Notes under the pieces: model-generated | What the model was told of the DNA's origin: nothing | The model's input: the letters and a program-made list of their open reading frames with translations, nothing else | Database searches by the model: none | Made by a program: the position numbers and the translations under genes | From: Octopus sinensis | Taxonomy: Eukaryota | Direction: 5' to 3' | DNA length: 14,176 nt | Assembly: GCF_006345805.1 (NCBI RefSeq) | Contig: NW_021825882.1 | Location: 1-14,176, forward strand | Part shown: positions 1 to 9,121 of the stretch, piece by piece | How the letters are laid out: each line of letters opens with the position of its first letter | How positions within the stretch are numbered: position 1 is the stretch's first letter

Positions 1-41
1 TTTTATATTTTTCATGTTCTATGAACATGAAAAATATAAAA
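1..41. repeat. Perfect 19-bp inverted repeat with 3-nt spacer (may extend beyond window start)
   Basis: 1-19 ttttatatttttcatgttc is the exact reverse complement of 23-41 gaacatgaaaaatataaaa; spacer tat (20-22). Confidence 0.9.
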
Positions 42-170
42 TATAAGCAGAACAGTAAAAATTTGCAAGACTTTTCTAAAGTCCAATATAAGATATCGTT
101 GTTATTCAAATTTCAACAATTGAGCTTTGTTTGTTAGTTAGGAAACAAATATTTCGTGATAAAAATTTTC

Positions 171-586
171 GGCGCAGATGTGGCTGTGTGGTAAGTAGCT
201 TGCTTACCAACCACATGGCTCTGGGTTCAGTCCCACTGCGTGGCACCTTGGACAAGTGTCTTCTACTGTAGCCTCGAGCCGACCAAAGCCTTGTGAATGG
301 ATTTGGTAGACGGAAACTGAAAGAAGGCCGTCGTATATATGTATATGTATATATATGTGTGTGGTGTCTTTGTGTGGCTGTGTTTGTCCCCCACTCCCAA
401 CATCGCTTGACAACCGATGATGGTGTGTTTACGTCCCCGTAACTTGGCGGTTCGGCAAAACTGACCGATAGAATATGTACTAGACTTACAAAGGATAAGT
501 CCTGGGGTCGATTTGCTAGACTAAAAGCGGTGCTCCAGCATGACCGCAGTCAAATGACTGAAACAAGTAGAAGAGTAAAGAATAAA
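171..586 (+). mobile_element. tRNA-derived SINE, family A, copy 1
   Basis: Begins ggcgcagatgtggctgtgtggtaag; Pol III A-box-like tggctgtgtgg (181-191) and B-box-like ggttcagtccc (224-234); ggcaccttggacaagtgtctt resembles a CORE-type segment; internal (TA)/(TG) run ~334-366; ends caaatgactgaaacaagtagaagagtaaagaataaa. Colinear with three other copies in the window. No clear TSD. Confidence 0.9.
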
Positions 587-629
587 CAAGAAGGCTGGTT
601 ACACATGCACACACATATAAATATATCTA

Positions 630-770
630 TAGAGAAAAAAGAAAAGGCTTCATTGTATAACGTAATCAAGGATCCTCTGCATATGGGGAAACGCTGGGAT
701 AGGTCATAGCTTTGAATGTGTTTGATCATAGGTCTGCTCAAACATGCCGACACCTGGAGCAACAATAACA
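630..770 (+). mobile_element. Old (AAC)n-tailed retroposon, family C, 3' fragment
   Basis: ggataggtcatagctttgaatgtgtttgatcataggtctgctcaaacatgccgacacctggagcaacaataac aligns with the reverse complement of 7465-7526 (ttga.ca..ggtctg..caa...acctggag) and shares gctttgaatgt with ~5767-5777; ends in aac/aat repeats. Confidence 0.55.
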
Positions 771-1029
771 TCGAACTAATTATGATGTCGTCACTGGATA
801 TGTCCAATGTTAATAGCAATATTTAAAAACCTGATGAAATCTGCATGTTGGTCATCAAAACCTGGAAAATATTAACAAAATGTTAATTGGTAAATTTCAC
901 ATCAACAGAAACAACTTATCCGAGATGGAAGTAGTTTGTATGGGATCATACAGTAAAGTAGAATCACATTAATTTTTATAAGCAAAAGATTGACAAATAC
1001 TTCAACGTTTCGTCAAGTTCGCTTCGTCT

Positions 1030-1094
1030 GACGTATGTATATATGTATGTATATGTGTGTACGCGCGCACATACACAAGTCTTTACACTGACAC

Positions 1095-1143
<49 letters not shown>

Positions 1144-1206
1144 CATACACACATGCATACACACGTACGCGCGCGCACACAGACACACAAACAAACAAAC
1201 ACACAC
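1030..1206. repeat. Compound alternating purine-pyrimidine microsatellite (TA/TG, CG, (CA)n)
   Basis: (CA)n at ~1091-1140, flanked by gtacgcgcgc motifs and tatg repeats. Confidence 0.9.
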
Positions 1207-1791
1207 GCATTTTCCACCTTAGAAGACACACCTTCACCTTGAAAGAGTCGGAATTAGTAACTAAGTACATGATTAACATGAGATAAAGATGGTTCTCAAC
1301 GGGCAACTGTACTGTTAAAGAAGTATGGAAGTTAGCACTCGTTTTATCAGAAGCTACACAAAATGCCCAAAGGTACTACTTTCCCAGTTGGATAAACTAT
1401 ATTCAAAGTGATCCATGCGATAGATTGGACGTTGGAAGAACGTATGAAGTAACATGAGAGAAGCATTGCTGTTGGACCATTCAAATAAAAAGACATCAAG
1501 CCAGGCTTCAAAAGTCATACACTTTTGTAAAGGCTAGCAGTGTAGAAGATGCAAATAGTTCGTCTACAAATGACGAACACATTATCTATAGCTGGATATA
1601 ATCAAAAAGATTACCAGACGTAAGCATTGTGATATAAATCTTAGTATATAGTGTTTCTTTAAGCAAATAATATAAACTAGCGAAACCTGTGGAAATCGCA
1701 CGTTTTATAAATTTCATAAAAGTTTATCTTCTCATTTTGATATAGAAGTCTATAGATCTTCTTAAAATTGTTTCATGATGTAAGAAATTTG

Positions 1792-1954
1792 AATTATGTT
1801 TTCGATGTTGTTCCATAGTTGATGTCGTCAGTTGTGTGATGCTCTTATTTATTTCACTATTTTAAACATTTTGATTATGTCCCCGATTTCGTTCCATAGT
1901 TAACGTTATTGAATTCGATTATGTCTTTCATTTCATTCCATAGTTAACGTTGTT
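1792..1954. repeat. Degenerate ~40-44 bp minisatellite, 3 clear units plus 1 eroded unit
   Basis: Core ttccatagtt at 1811, 1892 and 1936, each preceded by attatgt; units 1873-1910 and 1917-1954 are very similar; an eroded unit fills ~1833-1872. Confidence 0.7.
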
Positions 1955-2064
1955 AAAAGCGTAACACTTGAGCACATTGTGAAAAGCAGAATATAATATT
2001 TTACATATTTTTACTATGTAATTCTTAAGTATACTAGTTTTCCGTTTTTGCTTTATGCGTGCGT

Positions 2065-2162
2065 ACACTCACAGACACACGCAGACACATACGCACACAC
2101 ACACACACACACATACACACACACACACACACCACACACACCACACACACACATGCACATAC
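2065..2162. repeat. (CA)n microsatellite, imperfect
   Basis: Read directly from the sequence. Confidence 0.9.
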
Positions 2163-2192
2163 GCAGGCGATGTAGATCACGTTGAATTAGAC

Positions 2193-2702
2193 CAGAGCTG
2201 CTCAAAGAGGTCGATATAGACAGACCTCAGGGAGAGAATAATTTAGAAAGGGCAACTAAAAACTTAGGTGTCCACAGAGTGAATCTATTGGTTTACTTTT
2301 AAAACTCCCTTTATATCATGAGAACAAAGTTCGCTAGATCAAGTAGACTGGTTGCCAGATAACGCACTGGATTTAGTCATGTTGAATATTTATTAAGCAA
2401 ACGTAAGAACACTTTGAACATAAAACGTATTGATTTTACAGCTCAGACTCACAAACCTGTAACCTATGTACATGGTCTTCTCAATGCTCACCAAACATTT
2501 TCCCATTAAAAACAGTCTAAATGTTGAAGGTGCATTTGTATTTACGGTCTCTGATATTTTCTCATGCACGTTATATGAAACACTTGTGAATTAGTTACGC
2601 CTTGTGATTTTATATGTTTGGGGGTTTGATTAGTATGAGGCTGCATAAAAATTAAATTTTGCTATAAGATCCGTGTCAAGTAAAAAAATTTGAGAAGCCC
2701 TG
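2193..2702 (+). mobile_element. Internally deleted non-autonomous hAT DNA transposon (Buster/Charlie-like)
   Basis: Left TIR cagagctgctcaaa (2193-2206) matches the reverse complement of right TIR tttgagaagccctg (2689-2702) at 12/14. 8-bp TSD aattagac (2185-2192) / atttagac (2703-2710), 7/8 identical, with the central TA typical of Buster-family hATs. Contains a transposase C-terminal remnant. Confidence 0.85.
2369..2509 (+). pseudogene. Frameshifted C-terminal remnant of a hAT (Buster/Charlie; ZBED5/SCAND3/FAM200-like) transposase
   Basis: Across frameshifts reads GFSHVEYLLSKRKNTLNIKR / DLQLRLTNL*P / VHGLLNAHQTFSH*, matching the recalled Buster-type C-terminal pattern GFS...K.R..L....DLRL.LT.L.P.I..L...HQ...SH*. 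Confidence 0.75.
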
Positions 2703-3161
2703 ATTTAGACGAAAACTACTGATAGCATAATCTTATTTGACATCACGTGTGAGTGACAGGCGTAAATGTTGATTACCAAGTGTTTCTACAATTGGAATCA
2801 TTTGTTGGACTCTGCAAATTTAATCGGACTAGTAAAATGTTATCTTTATGATGTATTTAAAACTGTTACCTCATTGTACACTGTTCTCCTAATAGATACT
2901 CAGTAAATTGTCTTCTTATTGATTCAGTAACTGCTCAGTGTAACCAGGAAGTTCTTTTTGTATCGTTTCTGTAGGTTCTCGACAAACCAATTGATTTGTA
3001 ACAGTTACCCAAGAAACAGTTACTTTGGTATACCAGAATCGGTCAACGGTACATTTGAATTAGTACTTTTTACCAGCAATTCCCACAGAATTGTAACCAA
3101 TGTTCTTCAAGACCTGCTAGTTAGCGTTGTGTCTACATGTTATGAGGATACGTACGTGCGT

Positions 3162-3694
3162 ACACACACACACAAATACACACACACACGCGTACACAAA
3201 CACACACACACATTCACAAACACACACACTCACAAACACACACACACACACTCACAAACACACATACATGCATACATATATGCATACATACATGCATACA
3301 TACATACATGCATACATACATACATGCATACATACATACATACAAACATACATACATGCATCCATGCATACTTACATAATACATACTTACATACATACAT
3401 ACAAACATACAAACATACATACATACAAACATACATACATACATGCATACATACATACAAACATACATACATGCATCCATGCATACTTACATAATACATA
3501 CTTACATACATACATACATACATACATACAAACATGCATACATACATACATACATACATAAATACATACAAACATACATACATACATGCAAACATACATA
3601 CATACATACATACATACATACATACATACATACATACACACACACATACATACATACAAACATACATACATACATACATACATACATACATACA

Positions 3695-3723
<29 letters not shown>
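3162..3723. repeat. (CA)n followed by a long (TACA)n tetranucleotide array
   Basis: (CA)n ~3162-3264, then (TACA)n with tgca/aaca variants to 3723; explains the HTYI/MYVC ORFs in the track. Confidence 0.95.
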
Positions 3724-3725
<2 letters not shown>

Positions 3726-4099
3726 GTAGTATCTAAAAGAAAATAAACATAAGATTGAGTGGAGCCCTAAAAATCTCCATGATGCTGTTGCTGCACTCGG
3801 AGGAAAGACTGCACGGGGATAAATAGAGAGAGTTCCTTTGTTACTGAAGACATAGAAAGTTATCAATTCAATGAATTTGTAGAACATTCCAGCCAAAATT
3901 CCGCCCATTTGCAAAACACAACAGTTATTTTAGAGTTGTTTGAACCTCAAAATTAAAATTATGACTTTACAGACAGCTGCTCAGAAACCTACAGTTTATA
4001 TATGCTCATTTTTACCTAAAATTATTTGTGCACTCGGTTATGTTTGTAAATATTAAAGTGATAATCTTTAAAAAGCCATGGTTTTCAGTCAAGTAAGTG

Positions 4100-5055
4100 A
4101 CTTATTAGCTCTCGATTAAGAGGTTATAATCCATGACCTTTTGCAGAAACTCTGAAACAAGTAAGATCGATGCAGTTAACGTTGTACTTAAACTGTTGCA
4201 AGTCAAAGACTTCAGGGAAAACATATGAAAGAGAGAATTCTCGGGAGCCAACATTCTAAGGAGGAAGGGGTAGGAGTAGTGGATAGAAAGAGGCTTGAGT
4301 GGACACAACATGCATGGTGAGAGGAGTGGAGACGTATGAGTTGCAGGTGTCTGAGTAGAGGTGAGACGAGGTCAACCAGTGGTCACTATAGTGATGATAG
4401 AAAAGACACCGAAAAGAGATAGCTTACCCAGCGTGTCTGTGATTGGTTTTATGCCAGTTACTCTAGTGGCTTTAGACTGATTGGATGTCTGCATACACAT
4501 TCATCCTAAATTGTGACCGTCTGGATACAATCCAACATGTCTGTGCATACAACAGTAGCAGTAGCATCCCCGTTTTCGATACAGGAGCTTTGTAGGCTTG
4601 CAATCGTGGAAGGTTAAATTAAGTTCCTGGTCTCGAAGACCAGGCTTTAATATGCAGTCCTAGCTATGATAAGAATGCGTTTGTGCCATAAGAGATCATC
4701 AGTGGTAATGAAGCATTAGAAGCGATTGCTAGGGTTCTGGTTGAGTACGTCTCCTGTTTCAGGTGGAAGAGGCACGAAAGAGTTTTTCATGATAGGAACA
4801 GCGCTTCTGCTCTTGCTGTTGAAAGAGACAAGAATTAGCACGATGCTTTGGTGGACACATTCGAATACTCTGTTCCTAGAATCAGTGCAAGTTTGGTGTG
4901 AGATCTTAAGTTGCATGTGGATGGTGTTTAAGATTCAGAAGGTTAGGGAAGGCATGGTATCATCAGCAAAAGAACGAGCGTTTGGGGGCATAACATCAAA
5001 TACGTTATTGACATGTAACAGGAAAAGTTTTGAGAAGATAGAACTAAACGATGGG
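4100..5055 (-). mobile_element. Decayed 3' part of a non-LTR retrotransposon ORF2 (CR1/L2/Jockey-group RT and C-terminus)
   Basis: Minus-strand translation, in order: SIFSKLFLLHVNNVFDVMPPNARSFADDT (5042-4956; RT motif GS.LSP.LFL.YINDL...FADDT, FADD at 4970-4959), DDLLWHKRILIIARTA (4700-4653), HYSYPFLLRMLAPENSL (4281-4231; cf. SF.PRT..LWNSL), VFPEVFDLQQFKYNVNCIDL (4222-4163). Many stops and frameshifts; ends approximate. Confidence 0.8.
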
Positions 5056-5419
5056 TAAGATAAGCTTTATAGAGAATTTTCTCTTCAATTATCTGTTGCC
5101 TGAATGTTTTGTATTTTGGAATGTTACATGAAAGTAACATTATGCTTATCATAATGTATTTTAAGTATCGTACAAGCGACACGTACAAAAACAACTGTTT
5201 AAAACACGTTTTTCGTTTCATTTCTGGCTCTGGTGAAAATACTCCAAACATCTTAAACTTCATACTAACGAAGACAATCTAAGACCTGACCTCAGAAAAT
5301 TGTGTTGCTGTTGAAGTAAAATTTAAAATAATATTTTAAATAATATTTCCAATGTTTTTAAAAGTAGTAATTTGAAAAATACTTTTTTAAAAGGTGGTAT
5401 TTTAAAAATAAAGCATGAG

Positions 5420-5455
5420 CGTGTATCTGTGTTTATGTGTGGCTGTATGTGTGTG

Positions 5456-5487
<32 letters not shown>
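5420..5487. repeat. (TG)n microsatellite
   Basis: Read directly from the sequence. Confidence 0.9.
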
Positions 5488-5492
<5 letters not shown>

Positions 5493-5629
5493 CGTTTTAA
5501 TTCTTTTTTTAAACACTTCAAAACCAATATATACTATTACATTAACATAGTCATCACTACGCTATCACGCAACTATTACACTAATACAGGTACCACTACG
5601 CTAACACAATAACATAGACCTCCACACTA

Positions 5630-5830
5630 AAATAGACCTGCGAGTGGTCTATGGGCCTGCTTTGAACTGCATCTAAATCTCTTTTAAAGGAAACCCTACT
5701 GATACCTAAAAATGAAGAATGTCTTGGAAACTGCAGTCTGAGATCTAACATCTGGCAGATGGTTATGCTTTGAATGTCTTTATATGTCAATTGGATCAAG
5801 ATCATCCGGGGGCTAATCAGTAACAACAAC
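5630..5830 (+). mobile_element. Old (AAC)n-tailed retroposon, family C, diverged copy
   Basis: gggcctgctttgaactgcatctaaatctc...gatggttatgctttgaatgtcttt...ccgggggctaatcagtaacaacaac is colinear with 630-770 and with the reverse complement of 7440-7625; runs straight into the (CAA/CAG)n array. Confidence 0.5.
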
Positions 5831-5857
5831 AGCAACAACAGCAGCAACAGCAACAGC

Positions 5858-5888
<31 letters not shown>

Positions 5889-5984
5889 GTAACAGCAACA
5901 GCAACAACAATAACAAGCAGCGCGTGTAAGAAAGCTCTTTAAAACTAACAGCCCAGGGGAAATAATGATGATGATGATGATAAC

Positions 5985-6018
<34 letters not shown>

Positions 6019-6468
6019 TAATAATATAATAATAATAATATATTAATATTTAGAGCTACTACCAACGACAACCATCACTGCATCATCAACAAAAATCTCA
6101 TAACCGACCTCCACCACCACCACCACCAACAACACCAACACCACTAACACCAACAATACCACCACCACCACCACCATTTACAATAGCAACATTAACAACA
6201 ATATTACCAACTATACCTACATCAAGAGCAACAATAACGACAATCAGCAAGGGTAACAATAAAATTGTGCAACACCACCAGCAGCCATGTTTGCCAGATT
6301 AAGCATTCGCAACGTCATCACCAATAACGCCAATAACCACATCCGCCGCCACCACCACCACCACCACCACCACTTATACAACAACAACAACAACATCTAC
6401 ATCATCGTCGACAGCAGAAGCAGCAGCAACAGCAGCGACAGCAGCAACAGCAGCGACAGCAGCAACAG
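5822..6468. repeat. Compound A/C-rich trinucleotide repeats: (CAA/CAG)n, (ATG)n, (AAT)n, (CAC)n
   Basis: (CAA/CAG) 5822-5915, (ATG)/(AAT) ~5961-6045, (CAC) ~6110-6175 and ~6348-6373, CAG/CAA mix ~6411-6468. Confidence 0.9.
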
Positions 6469-6644
6469 TAGGAAAGCGATGACGAAGTGCGTAGTGATGA
6501 ACGACCAATGCAATAGTGTGAACAATTTCACCCAGCACCGAGTGAGTCATGGACCTACGGCACACTAGACACAGGCGCTACTAATCGATAATGCTGTCCT
6601 TTCACAGTACACATTACCTTCTCCTCACCCCCCCCCCATTGCAA

Positions 6645-6934
6645 TGTTGTTGTCCGTCTTCGACTTCTGCTACTTCTTGGCGCTTGTCTGCTGCTGCTGC
6701 TGATGCAGGTGTCGCTGATGTTGTTGTTATTATTGGTGGTGGTGACGGTATTGGTGCCGACGGTAAGACCGATGTCGGTGTTGGTAGTGTTAACGTTTTA
6801 TATTAGTAGTGCTGCTATATAGGTTGGCGTTGATGTTGGCGCTGGCTTTGCTGATGTTGGTGGTGGTGAAGGTGTTAATGCTGCTAGCGCTGATATTTAT
6901 TGTTAGTCATGGTATTGGTGCTGACGATGATGAC

Positions 6935-6965
<31 letters not shown>

Positions 6966-7452
6966 TTGCTGATGGTGATTTTAATATTTGCTAATACTGT
7001 TAATCTTGCTGTAGGTGTTACAGATGTTGTTGTTATTATTGTTGTTGTTGTTGCTGTTGTTGTCATTGTTGGTGGTGGTGGTGCTGCTGTTTGTAATTGT
7101 GAACTTGCTTTTCTTGTTGTGCTTAATGTTAGCGATGTTAGCGGCGTAGGTGGCGTTGGTGGCGTTGGTGTCCGCATTGGCGTTGGTGTTTCTCTGGTTG
7201 ATGGTGGCGGTGGCGGCGGTGGCGGCACTGGTGTCGTCGTTGTACAAGGTCATGTCGGTGTTGCTGTTTGTGGTATTGTTGATGTTGTTGTTGTTGTTGT
7301 TGTTGTTGACAATGTGCTTGTTATTTCCTATGTTTATTGTCGTTGTTTGCGGCAGTGATGTTGTTTTCATTGCTGCTGCTGCTGCTGCTGTTGCTATTTG
7401 TGTTCTTACTGCACTTGCTTCTATTTGCAATTCTTGTTCTTGTTATTATTAT
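6645..7452. repeat. Degenerate G/T-rich trinucleotide low-complexity tract (GTT/GCT/GGT/GAT)
   Basis: Period-3 cryptic repeat with pure runs (GAT)n ~6925-6965, (GTT)n ~7284-7308 and (GCT)n ~7372-7389. Confidence 0.85.
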
Positions 7453-7875
7453 CGTCGTGACTTTCCTCCAGGTCAACCACAATTGTTCAGACCCTTGTTC
7501 AACGGCGTTCCATCCGCGCCCCATCCTATACTATATTCTTTCTATAGTGTAACAAGGATCAGCGTAACAGTTCTTTTACTAAAAAAAACAACGATTTCAG
7601 GGGAACTGGCTACTGCTTCTAGCATTCTTCTTTTTTCTTTTATTCTTTTACTTGTTTCAGTCATTTGACTGTGGCCATGCTGGAGCAACGCCTTTAGTCG
7701 AGCAAATCGACCCCCAGGACTTATTCTTTGTAAGCCTAGTACTTATTCTATCGGGTCCTTTTGCCGAACCGCTAAGTTATGGGGACGTAAACACACCAGC
7801 ATCGGTTGTCAACCGATGTTGGGGGGGACAAACACAGACACACAAACATATACACATACACACACACACATACAC

Positions 7876-7908
<33 letters not shown>

Positions 7909-8115
7909 CATATATACGACGGGCTTCTTTCAGTTTCCGTCTACCAAACCACTCAGAAGGCTTTGTTCGGTCCGAGGCTACAGTAGAAGACACTTGCCCA
8001 AGGTGCCACGCAGTGGGATTGAACCCGGAACCATGTGGTTCGTAAGCAAGCTGCTTACCACACAGCCACTCCTACGCCTAGCATGTCAAGCAATAATACT
8101 ATAGGGGATCCCTCG
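7440..8115 (-). mobile_element. Family C retroposon copy (7440-7625 plus ~8085-8115) interrupted by family A SINE copy 2
   Basis: Reverse complement of 7465-7526 aligns with 697-760; the sequence appears to continue across the SINE at tagcat|gtcaagc. The part after 8085 is inferred from a recalled consensus and is less certain. Confidence 0.5.
7626..8078 (-). mobile_element. tRNA-derived SINE, family A, copy 2, with TSD
   Basis: Reverse complement starts ggcgtaggagtggctgtgtggtaag and ends actgaaacaagtaaaagaataaaagaaaaaagaaga; TSD tagcat at 7620-7625 and 8079-8084; internal (CA)/(TA) run ~7832-7916. Confidence 0.92.
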
Positions 8116-8247
8116 CCCCTCGCTTACTTTCTATTATTGCAGTTCCTTTTGTTGCTGATAATGCTGCTGATGTTGCTGATGTTGCTGTTGCACTCATTAT
8201 TGCTGCTGCTCCAGTTTTTCTCACTGACGCTGTTAATGTCGTCGCCG

Positions 8248-8296
<49 letters not shown>
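8248..8296. repeat. (TCA)n microsatellite
   Basis: Read directly from the sequence. Confidence 0.9.
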
Positions 8297-8302
8297 TATT
8301 AA

Positions 8303-8540
8303 GGTGGCGAGCGGGCAGAATCGTTTGCATGATGAGGAAAATGCTTATTGGCATTTCGTTCGTGTTTATGTTCCGAGTTCAAATGCAGCCGAGGTTGACT
8401 TTGCCTTTCGTTCTTTCGAGGTCGATAAAATAAGTACCAGCTGAGTACTGGTGTTGACGTAATCGACTTACCCGCAGACCCCCCACCCCACCACCCCAAA
8501 AAATGACTGGCTTTGTGCCTTTAGTAGAATAATATTTAAT
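8303..8540 (+). mobile_element. tRNA-like SINE, family B, with (ATT)n tail
   Basis: Starts ggtggcgagcgggcagaatcgtt; B-box-like gagttcaaatgc (8375-8386); central gactttgcctttcgttctttcgaggtcgataaaataagtacc resembles the conserved Meta/Sauria-type SINE central motif (from memory); followed by (ATT)n. A second copy lies at 12027-12193. Confidence 0.75.
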
Positions 8541-8544
8541 TTTG

Positions 8545-8583
<39 letters not shown>

Positions 8584-8638
8584 GTTGTTATTGTTATTAT
8601 TATTATTATTATTAATACTATTACTAGCATTATTATTA

Positions 8639-8688
<50 letters not shown>

Positions 8689-8900
8689 ACTATTATTTTA
8701 TTATTAATACTATTATTATTATTATTATTACTATTACTATTATTATTATTATTATTACTATTATTATACTATTACTGTTATTATTATCATTATTATTATT
8801 ATTATCATTATTATCATTACTATCATTATTATTACTGAGTGAGAGAGGAGTGCATGCCATCAAAGTGACACTGGGGTAAAATATACGAATTATTATTGTT

Positions 8901-8940
<40 letters not shown>

Positions 8941-9090
8941 TATATTATATTATTATTATTATTATTACTATTATTATTATTATTGTTATTGTTATTATTA
9001 TAATTATTATTATTATTATTATCATTATTACTATTACTATTATTATTATTATTATTATTATGATTGTTATTATTATTGTTATTACTATTA

Positions 9091-9121
<31 letters not shown>

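Noticed and set aside
171-245. tRNA gene (A and B boxes present)
   Set aside because: It is the head of a SINE repeated four times with the same body; I could not build a full cloverleaf.
204-413. Recurrent ORFs ending EDTCPRCHAVGLNPEPCGW (also 7806-8045, 10330-10572, 9633-9857)
   Set aside because: Antisense translations of family A SINE copies, not a gene family.
1792-1954. CRISPR-like array
   Set aside because: Degenerate adjacent units, no unique spacers, no cas genes, eukaryotic context.
2471-2484. catggtcttctcaa as left TIR of a shorter MITE
   Set aside because: Lies within the transposase remnant and has no matching TSD; the TIR at 2193 has one.
3127-3746. His/Thr/Tyr- and Met/Tyr/Val/Cys-rich ORFs
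   Set aside because: Stop-free translations of (CA)n and (TACA)n.
4152-4163. ctgaaacaagta matching the family A SINE 3' end (possible LINE-SINE shared tail)
   Set aside because: Opposite orientation to the LINE relic and only ~12 bp; probably chance.
4626-4644. Hairpin cctggtct-cga-agaccagg
   Set aside because: 8-bp stem inside a decayed LINE; compatible with chance and no functional context.
5321-5341. Palindrome atttaaaata-a-tattttaaat
   Set aside because: Pure A/T within a very AT-rich tract; expected by chance.
6528-6599. REST/RE1-like half sites (cagcacc, gctgtcc)
   Set aside because: Wrong spacing and orientation for an RE1 element.
6287-7668. Low-complexity ORFs (poly-His/Asn/Ser, poly-Pro/Thr, poly-Val/Gly/Leu)
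   Set aside because: Overlapping open frames on both strands arise from triplet repeats; no domain or convincing splice structure.
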